From a virus, in the IMG/VR virus record IMGVR_UViG_3300045993_000562, positions 1 to 64,000 of that record: a stretch of DNA of 64,000 nt, one strand, 5' to 3'. Each line of letters starts with the position of its first letter. Position 1 is the stretch's first letter. The notes below the pieces were generated by a model. The model searched no databases, was not told the DNA's origin, and worked only from the letters and a program-made list of their open reading frames with translations. Shown piece after piece: positions 31,235-40,184 of this stretch. The position numbers and the translations under genes are program-made.

Positions 31235-31282
31235 AATACTCTCCTTTGGTTAACGACGGATGAAACGAATGTACTACAAATT

Positions 31283-31357
31283 TGGTCGGTTAGGTAAGAC
31301 TCGAACTTACATGCTCCTGGCCCCAAACCAGGCGACTCACCTTTAGCCTACTAACCG
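31283..31357 (-). tRNA. tRNA-Pro(TGG)
   Basis: Cloverleaf, CCTGG-TTTGGGG-CCAGG, CCA. Confidence 0.9.
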
Positions 31358-31542
31358 AAATACCCTGATCTAATGCTAATCTGTAACTTTACCCAGAACA
31401 ACATCACTTCAATTCTTCTGACTTCAATTAGCTCCCCTGGAGTTTTAGAGGCCATACTACATCTATAACAGCATACAGCTGGTAGTATGAAGAATGCTGC
31501 GCTTCTTTTAAAGAATGTTAGTTCCATACATACTCCGTTGAT

Positions 31543-31617
31543 TGGCGCCCAATGTCTGATTCAAACAGACGACCTACCGCTTACAAGGCGGTTGCTCTAT
31601 CACTGAGCTAATCGGGC
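31543..31617 (-). tRNA. tRNA-Thr(TGT)
   Basis: ACCGC-CTTGTAA-GCGGT, CCA. Confidence 0.9.
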
Positions 31618-31622
31618 AAAAC

Positions 31623-31708
31623 TGGTGGGTAGGCCAGGACTCGAACCTAGATAGCCGGAGGCGACAGATTTACAGTCTGCTGATTTAACCATATTTACCA
31701 TCCTACCC
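31623..31708 (-). tRNA. tRNA-Tyr(GTA)
   Basis: GCAGA-CTGTAAA-TCTGT, long variable arm, CCA. Confidence 0.9.
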
Positions 31709-31715
31709 TCAATTT

Positions 31716-31791
31716 TGGCTCCCCGACGTGGACTCGAACCACGGACCTAAGCATTAACAGTGCTTTGCTCTACCGACTGAGCTATCGAGGA
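31716..31791 (-). tRNA. tRNA-Asn(GTT)
   Basis: AAGCA-CTGTTAA-TGCTT, CCA. Confidence 0.92.
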
Positions 31792-31800
31792 ATACAACTA

Positions 31801-31835
31801 TAAAACAAAAACCCCAGATTTTTAGGCCTGGGGTC
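31801..31835 (-). terminator. Intrinsic terminator (attenuator) before the tRNA cluster
   Basis: ACCCCAG-gcctaaaaat-CTGGGGT followed by TTTTGTTTT. Confidence 0.8.
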
Positions 31836-31860
31836 GGATTCTTTGGAACTACGAAACGTT

Positions 31861-31947
31861 CTAACTAATCTTAACCCCGAGCACGGTCGAGTTATCCTGT
31901 GAAGGATTACTTGTTGGTGTGTAATAGGAGTTATAGATCGGTTTCAT
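31861..31947 (-). CDS. Putative attenuation leader peptide MKPIYNSYYTPTSNPSQDNSTVLGVKIS
   Basis: 28 codons; 10 of codons 3-15 are Pro/Tyr/Asn/Thr; overlaps the antiterminator arm. Confidence 0.7.
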   Translation of the reverse strand: MKPIYNSYYTPTSNPSQDNSTVLGVKIS

Positions 31948-31954
31948 AGTGAGT

Positions 31955-31983
31955 ATATTAACTCAGAACCAGGAGAGTTGCAA
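31955..31983 (-). promoter_or_regulatory. Sigma70-type promoter for the leader/tRNA operon
   Basis: TTGCAA-17 nt-TAATAT, with the ATG 7 nt downstream of the -10 box (leaderless). Confidence 0.65.
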
Positions 31984-32015
31984 GCCTATTTTCATAAACT
32001 TGCAACTTTACCCCT

Positions 32016-32408
32016 TTACAACGCTTCGATCATTTCCTTGATTTCTTCAGGCGTCTTGTTTGCCAGTGCTTCACCTTCTTTGGCAGCCAAGATAGACAAG
32101 AGATACTGCTTCTTAGTCTTATTAGCCACTGCGTTAGCAGAAGCTTCATCTTCAGCCAGGCGAGTATCAATCACATGCTTGATGATGTCAAACTTCAACT
32201 GAGTCGTAGTGCTGACCTCAGTTTTCTTCGTTACGAACGAAATCTCGTTACCAGATTTTAACTCCTGGTACAGAGGTTTGATCATATCGTCCAGATTTAC
32301 AGAACCAGCACGGCCTGAAAGTGGAACGTCAAAGAGGTCTTCTACTACCAACGAGCCCTTAGGCGTGTCGAAGCGAAGTTTAGCACGAGCTGCTTTTTCG
32401 AATAACAT
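32016..32408 (-). CDS. Conserved phage protein
   Basis: MLFEKAARAKLRF...G.L.VEDLFD pattern, recalled as partner of the upstream large protein. Confidence 0.65.
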   Translation of the reverse strand: MLFEKAARAKLRFDTPKGSLVVEDLFDVPLSGRAGSVNLDDMIKPLYQELKSGNEISFVTKKTEVSTTTQLKFDIIKHVIDTRLAEDEASANAVANKTKKQYLLSILAAKEGEALANKTPEEIKEMIEAL

Positions 32409-32421
32409 GGCTGTTCCTTTC

Positions 32422-34437
32422 TTAGAACACTACTTTAACTACACGATTGAAGCTACCCTTAACGCGGCACAGAACACTGTTGCGCTGAGTAGAGGAGAAC
32501 CCGATGCCGCTTAGTTGGTGATCAGAATTGTCCGTTTTCATCTTGGACCCTACGACCTCCAATACCTTACGGTGGGGGGTTAGCTCTTCAGCCAGGAACT
32601 CATTGAAGAATCCACGGGCTTGGCCATCATTGACACATCCGTCCAACATGAACATGTAATGCTTATTACCAACTACCTTGTCGTCCCAGTGGTTTGGAGA
32701 CAGCATGACTACGGAAGCCTTGTGGAAAGACTCTGTAGAAACACCCCAAACTTCCTTAGATGACTTAGAGGAAGGTAACGACTCAACGATCTCAAATCCA
32801 CTGGCGTGAGTGTACTTGATCTTGGCTACGGTGACGGTGACGCCATTAGGTACCGCCTTAGCGTAGTGAATACTGTGGATGATTCCATCGTACTCAATCT
32901 CAATGTCAAAACCAAAGTCCACGTTCTCACGTTTACTGAAGTTATGGACCTCAAGACGGTAATTACCCTCTTTCATGTTACGGCGATTTGGATAGCAGAT
33001 ATTCTCTACTGGAGTGCGGGTCGAACCGTGCCCAGCATTCATATCTACGTCTAATACCCCCCTGGTTGAAGCACTATGTTTACTACGGAAGCAGATTTCG
33101 TTACCGCCAGGCTCCATCATGTGCAAGTCCAAGTCATCGTGGTTGAACCAAGACAACGAGCAACGTAGGTCTCCATCAACCTTACCACCAGCCTGTTTGA
33201 CACGCTCTTTGATGGAGTCTGCAACTTCACCGATATACGACCAGGAGAAGTTGTTAGGCCACTTAAGCATACACTTAGCTGAAGGGTCAACTGGTGCAAT
33301 GAGACTGACGAGGTTACTAGTATGGCGATTCTCCACAAACACTTCTATGGATTCAGCCTTAGGCAAGACGTTATGCAAGAAGGTGTCAATGTTGATTTCT
33401 TCCACCTTGTCAAAGTTCTTGACGTTCTCGGTAACGCCACTTGCAATCACATCGAATACGTCCTTAGACATCTTCTTCTTGGCTTCACGATCTGCAAACA
33501 GAATGTTGTTCACAGTGATGTCGTCGATGGTAGCGTATCTGCGCTCCAGGGCCGTATCCAAGCCTAGCTCGTGTATTGTAGCTTTGGCTTTTTCCACCAT
33601 CGCTTTAGTTACTAGAGCTGTAGGTCGCTTGTAGTTAGTAGGGGCCACCATGGCTTCAAATGACTTTACAGCGTGTTCCAGGTCCTTACCTTCTGATAGG
33701 TCGACCATCAATGTTCCAATGGAGGAATTACGGATCTTACATACCGCCCCACCAGCCTTGATCTTGGACCAGCAGAAGACATCCCGATCAACATCAGTGA
33801 CTAAGCCACTGAATATGATTTTCAGAACCTTAAAGGCCTTAACGAGACCTTCATGTTCTTCCCCACGATACAGAGACTTTTGGCCAATTAGCTCCAGAAC
33901 GGTATTGATGGAGTCCTCGGTTATCTCTGTGAGACTACGTAACAACACGTCCTTAGACGAACGAGCCTCAGAAAGACGTGGTCCGATCTCCTTACCGTCA
34001 ATTACATTGGCGGCAGGAATCTGAGCGAAGAAGTGATTCCATGTTATGGTCTCTACGGCTGTAGCTTCATAGTTCTTGTCGAGGCCGGCCATATTCTCCG
34101 TATGGAAAAAGGGCTCTTCGATGACGCTAGCTTTGATTAGGGCTGACATGGCACCTGCTACTACTTGGTAGAATCCTTCAGCCTTAACATCCCACACACT
34201 GATGAGCTTACCGTCAACCACGGCTACTACGTCACCTACATCACGGATGAACTTCCTGCAGCACTGGCAATCATGCTCTGTGCGTTCACGGAACTTTGGG
34301 TTGGTACCTTCTGGAAAGCTATTGAGATACGTGTTCCACAAGACGTCCTTCGCTAGACGCACTCGAAACAGGTCCATACCTTTCATGCTGTTGAACTGAT
34401 TAGTTACAGCAGCTTTTAAACTCAAAAACTGTGACAT
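32422..34437 (-). CDS. Large phage protein with YfaP/DUF2135-like domain
   Basis: HDCQCC near the N-terminus; SLSW..DDLDLH...LDVDMN...PVENI. Confidence 0.65.
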   Translation of the reverse strand: MSQFLSLKAAVTNQFNSMKGMDLFRVRLAKDVLWNTYLNSFPEGTNPKFRERTEHDCQCCRKFIRDVGDVVAVVDGKLISVWDVKAEGFYQVVAGAMSALIKASVIEEPFFHTENMAGLDKNYEATAVETITWNHFFAQIPAANVIDGKEIGPRLSEARSSKDVLLRSLTEITEDSINTVLELIGQKSLYRGEEHEGLVKAFKVLKIIFSGLVTDVDRDVFCWSKIKAGGAVCKIRNSSIGTLMVDLSEGKDLEHAVKSFEAMVAPTNYKRPTALVTKAMVEKAKATIHELGLDTALERRYATIDDITVNNILFADREAKKKMSKDVFDVIASGVTENVKNFDKVEEINIDTFLHNVLPKAESIEVFVENRHTSNLVSLIAPVDPSAKCMLKWPNNFSWSYIGEVADSIKERVKQAGGKVDGDLRCSLSWFNHDDLDLHMMEPGGNEICFRSKHSASTRGVLDVDMNAGHGSTRTPVENICYPNRRNMKEGNYRLEVHNFSKRENVDFGFDIEIEYDGIIHSIHYAKAVPNGVTVTVAKIKYTHASGFEIVESLPSSKSSKEVWGVSTESFHKASVVMLSPNHWDDKVVGNKHYMFMLDGCVNDGQARGFFNEFLAEELTPHRKVLEVVGSKMKTDNSDHQLSGIGFSSTQRNSVLCRVKGSFNRVVKVVF

Positions 34438-34499
34438 ATTCCCTCCTTAGGGGTATGTTGATTAAAAACAAACCCAGATTACTCCAGGTTTGTTCCGCG

Positions 34500-35384
34500 T
34501 TACTTGCCGCCAGTAAACATTGGCCAGTAGGACACTTTTGCGTTTGGCTTGATCTCGTTCCACTTCGGATGGTTACCCGTTGTTTCACGTAGCTCGTCTA
34601 TATGACTTGCAATACAGGCCTTCAGCTTAGCCAGGTTCTTGATCTTCTCCGCAGACTTATAGTTATACGTTACCAAGTTGATCTGAACGGCCACTGACGG
34701 AACAGTAGTTTGGCTCAGGTTTGGATAGCGTAAGTTAGTCTGTGAGTAGGAACCTAGTTTGCCCAGTACGTCCATGCGGTCGAACGGGACCAGTTTGTAC
34801 GTTGCACTAGTCAAGTCCTTGGCCCAACTTGCAGGCTGACCTGCTACAATCATGATGGCGTCAACTTGACCGGCCTTCAACGCTTGCAAGGCACCGGCTT
34901 CATTGTCAAACTGGGTCAACGAGAATGGACGGATGTTAGCAGCACCGAACAGGATACGGGAAGTAATGTAACCACCGCCGTAAGCTCCTACCTTCTTCTG
35001 GAACAAGTCCGAGAAGCGGTTGATGTTTGGGTTGCTACTAGAGGCAACGATATGCAACTCAGAGTTGAACAGGGGCATGAATATACGCACGTTATCAACC
35101 ATCGGGTCGTTTTCGATCATCTTACGACCGAGTACGACGTCTGACTGGACGAACGCCAAGCTTGCTTCATTGTTCAACAGACCGTCGAGTGCCTGAATGG
35201 AGCCGGCTGCTGGAGACTCCAATAGCACTGGGGACTTGCAGACTTCGGTCATCTGAGCAAACAGCTTGCTGTACACGCTGTTAGAACTTGATCCAGTCTT
35301 GACGACCAGGTCGATCTTTGGAGCCACTTCTGCATGTGCAAAGGTAGCGAAGAGTAGTGCGATTGTGAAGAATAGCTTTTTCAT
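34500..35384 (-). CDS. TAXI-family periplasmic solute-binding-like protein
   Basis: Signal peptide; TGS...GSI..L...LAFVQSD, ELHIVA, ALKAGQVDA. Confidence 0.75.
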   Translation of the reverse strand: MKKLFFTIALLFATFAHAEVAPKIDLVVKTGSSSNSVYSKLFAQMTEVCKSPVLLESPAAGSIQALDGLLNNEASLAFVQSDVVLGRKMIENDPMVDNVRIFMPLFNSELHIVASSSNPNINRFSDLFQKKVGAYGGGYITSRILFGAANIRPFSLTQFDNEAGALQALKAGQVDAIMIVAGQPASWAKDLTSATYKLVPFDRMDVLGKLGSYSQTNLRYPNLSQTTVPSVAVQINLVTYNYKSAEKIKNLAKLKACIASHIDELRETTGNHPKWNEIKPNAKVSYWPMFTGGK

Positions 35385-35393
35385 GTTATCCCC

Positions 35394-35597
35394 TTACTTG
35401 TCTTGCGGTTGTGGTGCCGGCGCAGAGTAGGATCCATAAGGATCGTTGTTATTCTGAGCTGGGACTTGTTGCTGAGGTTGATCTGCCGCTACGCCTTCCG
35501 GTGCACGACCCTCTTGATAGTACTTGAGACCTACCAGTGCAGCGACCAGGACGATAGCCCCGATTACGCCCATGATGATGTTTTTCTTGCCTTCCAT
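35394..35597 (-). CDS. Small single-TM protein
   Basis: N-terminal TM and Q/P-rich tail. Confidence 0.6.
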   Translation of the reverse strand: MEGKKNIIMGVIGAIVLVAALVGLKYYQEGRAPEGVAADQPQQQVPAQNNNDPYGSYSAPAPQPQDK

Positions 35598-35608
35598 TTG
35601 TGTTTCTC

Positions 35609-36346
35609 CTAGTGTCTAACTGGTTGTAGTTGAACAACCTGAACTGCCGGAACGTACTCTCCGGATCCGAATGCCGGCAAAGTCATTGGTGTCTTACGGC
35701 TCAGAATTACGTTGAGCTTGGACTGTGACTCGGCCAACTGCTTTTGTACTTCATTGATAGCGACACGTGCACCTTCCGCTTCTTTACCGGACTTCTGGTT
35801 GAAAGTGAAAGCACCGAGTGCCGATTTGAAAGCCTGTCCAATCTTGTATTGGGCTTCTGCTTTCTGCACTTCACGCTGGAACGTTTCGTGATCTTTCAAT
35901 GATTGGTTACGTAGATTGATCATTTCGATACCAGCACCTTTTAGCATACTGATCTGGTTAGACCAATCTGCTAATTCTTCAGGAGACAGTGTTCCCCTAT
36001 GTTCCTTGAGCAAGTTATCCAGTTGCATAACTTGAGCGTTGGACTCTGCAATACGCTTTTCTGTATTAGCAATCTGATCTGCATGGTTACGCAACTCACG
36101 TTTCAGTTTGGCAATAGGGTCAACCCTGATAGCCATTTCCCACATGCGATAGCTCAGTTGAGCCATAGCTTCGGAAATTGCCGGCAAGAAAAACCATAGT
36201 GACATGAAGAACAATCCACAGAGAGCAATAGTGACCATGTTAAGGGCCATACTTGCTAGGATTGGCAATGCGTAGAAACCGATACCGCCAGCTAGGGCGA
36301 GACCGATTACCCACTTAAGGTTCTTCACCTTATTTGGATCGTCCAT
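35609..36346 (-). CDS. Membrane-anchored coiled-coil protein (PspA-like)
   Basis: 2 TM segments, then DPIAKL and a long coiled coil. Confidence 0.5.
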   Translation of the reverse strand: MDDPNKVKNLKWVIGLALAGGIGFYALPILASMALNMVTIALCGLFFMSLWFFLPAISEAMAQLSYRMWEMAIRVDPIAKLKRELRNHADQIANTEKRIAESNAQVMQLDNLLKEHRGTLSPEELADWSNQISMLKGAGIEMINLRNQSLKDHETFQREVQKAEAQYKIGQAFKSALGAFTFNQKSGKEAEGARVAINEVQKQLAESQSKLNVILSRKTPMTLPAFGSGEYVPAVQVVQLQPVRH

Positions 36347-36372
36347 ACTTTACTCCTTGTTTGTTTAGAAAA

Positions 36373-36457
36373 TGGTGCCCGGAAGAGAATTCGAATCTCC
36401 ACACCTCACGGCGACCCGCCCTAAACGGGTTGCGTCTACCAGTTCCGCCATCCGGGC
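36373..36457 (-). tRNA. tRNA-Leu(TAG)
   Basis: GGCGGAACTGGTAGACGC D-arm, ACCCG-TTTAGGG-CGGGT, CCA. Confidence 0.9.
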
Positions 36458-36831
36458 CGATACTTTAAGACTTGATGATCACAACTTCACTGCCTGGAAG
36501 ATGAACGATTTGGATACCGATTACAGCCAGAGCCTGAACAACGTCGCCCAGGTCCTTTTGTGCCGCAGCCAATTTACGTGCTGAGTCTTGTACACCCAAC
36601 GTTAGAATTTGGTGTACGTCTTCCAAAGCTTGGACGTGGAGATGTGCTTCATCACGTTCGATACTGTACTTAACACGCTTAACGTCGTTCATTGTGTAGC
36701 GTTCCATGAGGATGTCGTACATGTCCTTAGGGATGGTTACTTCTGTTCTTGGATCTGGCATTTGAATCTCCTGTTGTGTTTAAAATGTCCTACACTTACT
36801 TATACCAAATTATACACTCGAAACTTAACGG

Positions 36832-37455
36832 CTACAAGTTAACATTTGAGAAAGAAGTATGTAGGTCCAAGACAGTACTATCCCCATCAATCTTGTCAAG
36901 ACTAGTACCCATCCACGCCTCAAATTTGTCATCTCGATGTACGAACATCTCGATAGCTATTTGAGTGAGTAGAGGTTTGGCCATATCCAAGAACGGTATT
37001 ACCTGACCATCAGGAACGTATACGAACCGTTTCAGTAGTTGGTAGTACCCACCTTGACAGATGCTGACGTGAGTGTTACTGGCACATGCAAATCCATCAC
37101 CACGAAAGTTCCTCTTTTCAGGAATGCTCTCTATGGCTGTAACGGCAGTAGCCAGTCGTTCCAAAGCCAACTCACGACCCTGAGACTTGATAAATGGAAA
37201 CCTCCCTTTAGGAACTTCCAGATCGGCAGGGAACGAATCCAACCCCATATGGGAGTCGATAGTTTCAGTCACTACCGCCTCTTGGGGATGAGGGACGGCA
37301 ATAGCTGCAGCCAGGTGTTGTAGTCCTTCAAGGTCTTGAACAATCTTGAAGGCCAGTGTCACAGTGCTGCTACGCATACTGACTACGCCCAACTCATTTC
37401 TCTTTGTGACTATACGCTGATTTGGCAGGTATATTACTGATGGGTGATTACGCAT
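36832..37455 (-). CDS. Hypothetical protein
   Basis: 207-aa ORF. Confidence 0.55.
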   Translation of the reverse strand: MRNHPSVIYLPNQRIVTKRNELGVVSMRSSTVTLAFKIVQDLEGLQHLAAAIAVPHPQEAVVTETIDSHMGLDSFPADLEVPKGRFPFIKSQGRELALERLATAVTAIESIPEKRNFRGDGFACASNTHVSICQGGYYQLLKRFVYVPDGQVIPFLDMAKPLLTQIAIEMFVHRDDKFEAWMGTSLDKIDGDSTVLDLHTSFSNVNL

Positions 37456-37464
37456 AAAAGCCTT

Positions 37465-38685
37465 TCAGAGCATGTGTTCGTAGGAGTATTCTCTAGTAGG
37501 CTGGCGGGTGACGTTAACTACTACACCATTCTTCCTATAGATAAACATACCCGCCGCAGCGTCCATTTTCTCCATGTCAAATGGGGTAATTGTTAAAGTC
37601 TCCACCACTACACGATTAGTATCGTACTTTGGTTTAAGACCATTGCCGACAGAGGATCCGAAGATATTAAGGCTTTTAGATACCTCACCCAGTTCTAGAT
37701 CCAACATACTCCCCTCGCCTTCTACTGCCCCATCCTCTATCACCAGGATATTGAAAGAGCTACAAGTAGGGTTGAGATTCATCGTGGAGGTGCTAATCTT
37801 CAATTTCTCCTGCCCGCGGTACGCCTCCACCACACAAAGTGAGGTACCTTCACTCATAGGCTTGGCATTTAAGAACTTGATTACCTCCGCTGCGGTTTCG
37901 TTGTAGCGGTTCATTTCCTCTACTATGGCCTGCAACATATCGAAGTTGAACTTAGAAAACAACGCCCCAGCCTTGCACACGGATTCTGTGTTACTAGCGT
38001 TAATCAGATTCACCTTGCAGTAGTCAATGATGAACTCGTTATCCAGACCCTTATAGTCTAGGGAGTAGAAGAATCGACCGGGCCTATTGATCATGTGGTC
38101 ATCAATCTTGCTTACGTCATTACACGTAATGATGAACATACGCTTCTGCTGGAATACACCGTCGAACAGAGTTAGGATGCTTTCCTGAGGATTAATCTGT
38201 TCGGCATCGTCGTAACCTTTTCTGTAAGTCTTTTCAAACTCATCAAAGATGACACAAAGGGGTTGCTGAATACTGCTCAGAAACGTGTTGAAGGCTTCAC
38301 CGTGGTATGGTGAGGTAATGAGTATGGTAGGCATGTTCAAATGATCAGCAAGATCTATCGAAAGAATACGAGCCAACAAGGTTTTACCACAACCCTTTTC
38401 CCCGGTAAGCATAACGCCGGTGTTGTTTGGTCTCTGAGTAAACGTATTGATAATACGGTCACGAGTCTGGGCCGCATTACCGTACAGCTTCGATTGTTTG
38501 AAAGGTTCTACCGCCTGTAGGTAATACCCCAGTTTTTCATCGTACACTACGATGTAGTTACAAGGAGGCAGTAGTTCATGTACTACCGGTAAAGTGGGCA
38601 TATCACCCCGTTTAATTACCATAAGGTTACTTCCCTTCGCTACAAATATTGTATCCGAAGGAAGTTTTTCAATCAGTTGATTCAT
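37465..38685 (-). CDS. AAA+ ATPase
   Basis: GEKGCGKT, IFDEFEK, ITCN and NRPGR motifs. Confidence 0.9.
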   Translation of the reverse strand: MNQLIEKLPSDTIFVAKGSNLMVIKRGDMPTLPVVHELLPPCNYIVVYDEKLGYYLQAVEPFKQSKLYGNAAQTRDRIINTFTQRPNNTGVMLTGEKGCGKTLLARILSIDLADHLNMPTILITSPYHGEAFNTFLSSIQQPLCVIFDEFEKTYRKGYDDAEQINPQESILTLFDGVFQQKRMFIITCNDVSKIDDHMINRPGRFFYSLDYKGLDNEFIIDYCKVNLINASNTESVCKAGALFSKFNFDMLQAIVEEMNRYNETAAEVIKFLNAKPMSEGTSLCVVEAYRGQEKLKISTSTMNLNPTCSSFNILVIEDGAVEGEGSMLDLELGEVSKSLNIFGSSVGNGLKPKYDTNRVVVETLTITPFDMEKMDAAAGMFIYRKNGVVVNVTRQPTREYSYEHML

Positions 38686-39149
38686 TTCACACTCCTAGTG
38701 TTTTCAGTTAAAGGTCCAATGTACTTCACGAATGCTCGTTCCCAGCCAGTACCCATTTCAATCTGAGCCTGACGTAGTGGTACTTTTCCAGCGCATACCT
38801 GATCATGAAGCTCCTCTTCTAAAAGGTTCTTCATCCAGGCGTTACTAGGTCCCTTCCACTCTTGGAGTTGAAGGTTATCAGAGTCAAGCCAGTTGCCACC
38901 TAGACTGGTAGGTATAATGTGGTCCAGCTCATACTGACTTCTTGCGTGTTTAGAAAGATCTAGTTTTTCCATCAAACGGAACTTCTCAGATTCTAATTGA
39001 GCGTACGTAGGATGATTCTCCTCCAGCCACTCATTGGAGCAGATTTGTTCTAAAGTTATGGATACGTCTACGGACCCATCTGCCAACGCTGGGGTAGGGG
39101 TACATGAGAACAAGGTCGCGGTTAAGAATAGTGTAAAGAGTTGTTTCAT
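38682..39149 (-). CDS. Secreted HNH-like protein
   Basis: Signal peptide; ELDHIIP.SLGG...NL...KN.LE..LH..VC. Confidence 0.7.
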   Translation of the reverse strand: MKQLFTLFLTATLFSCTPTPALADGSVDVSITLEQICSNEWLEENHPTYAQLESEKFRLMEKLDLSKHARSQYELDHIIPTSLGGNWLDSDNLQLQEWKGPSNAWMKNLLEEELHDQVCAGKVPLRQAQIEMGTGWERAFVKYIGPLTENTRSVK

Positions 39150-39199
39150 AGATCCCTCGGCTAAGTTAAATAAGCATCTGCTACACTATTCTTATACCA

Positions 39200-39439
39200 C
39201 TATGACGTTACGTAATTGACTATCCCATATATCCAAGCTCCAGCGAAAAAGAAGCAGGATATGAATACACCCCATTGCTTAGCCTTATACGTTATATAGA
39301 ACCAGAAGGGCTGAGCTACTAGCCCTACTATAGCGCCGTAGAACCTGCTCTCAGCTGACACCCCGTTAACCAACCACATGGCCGTAACGCTAGTAATAGG
39401 GATGACTACTTGTGCTATCTTCCCCCAGTTCCAGCTCAT
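39200..39439 (-). CDS. Short PnuC-like membrane protein
   Basis: 3 TM segments, G..VG...QPFW...QWG...YG; lies next to NAD genes. Confidence 0.5.
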   Translation of the reverse strand: MSWNWGKIAQVVIPITSVTAMWLVNGVSAESRFYGAIVGLVAQPFWFYITYKAKQWGVFISCFFFAGAWIYGIVNYVTS

Positions 39440-39927
39440 ACCATCCTCTGATTGATTCTCTTCCAGTCTTTAGCCTTCTTTTTAACCTCAGCAGCTAACT
39501 CCTCGATAGTGTCAACCTGTCTGATTCCATAGCGCTTACAAGTGATGTCTACGTTACCTTTACGCCAGTATCCCTCTGGGCAACACACGACTACGTCATC
39601 GTTGGCGTGCAGGCCAAGTTCCAGCAGGGTGATTGGGGATTTGGTTTCTTTATCGAAGTAAAAGACTACTAGGTGGGCTAAATCAGTGTTATCAAGCTCC
39701 CACTCTACCTGTTCTCGGAACTGCTTATTTTCAATTTCCTGTTTCCATGTCGAGTCCCAGTCATTTCTACGTGGATTCATTATTACTATATCTTCGTTTT
39801 CTAGCAGACGAACGAGTTTTTCTTGCCATCTTTCAGCGGTGTCCCCTTCAATGGATCCCGCTGTGAAAATACGAAATTTGTAGAAAGCTTCGGTAGGGAT
39901 CGGGTTTGGTGCTTTTATTTGAATCAA
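39436..39927 (-). CDS. Nucleoside 2-deoxyribosyltransferase-like protein
   Basis: FTAGSI, WQ, NPRR.DWD, QVEWE and SPITLLELG motifs. Confidence 0.85.
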   Translation of the reverse strand: MIQIKAPNPIPTEAFYKFRIFTAGSIEGDTAERWQEKLVRLLENEDIVIMNPRRNDWDSTWKQEIENKQFREQVEWELDNTDLAHLVVFYFDKETKSPITLLELGLHANDDVVVCCPEGYWRKGNVDITCKRYGIRQVDTIEELAAEVKKKAKDWKRINQRMV

Positions 39928-40184
39928 TTTGAACCTCCTTTAAAAATATGGTAAACTGTTTAAATGATTAATAGTACTGAGGTGAGAAAATGTTCTGTTG
40001 ATCCTGATACTTACGTTCATGTCTTACCTTGACGTAAAACAAAGCCCAGATTACTCCAGGCTTTGTTTGTTGTTAACTACATACGGCCTTCAGTGTTAGA
40101 AGCGACACTACAGACGAGATAGCACTGATAACTACTACGACTACTATCATCATTATCAACACCTGAGTTTCTGTACTCCCAACT

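Noticed and set aside
36372-36584. Plus-strand ORFs MVPGREFES... and MPGTGFEP... (50605-50823)
   Set aside because: Antisense translations of tRNA-Leu genes
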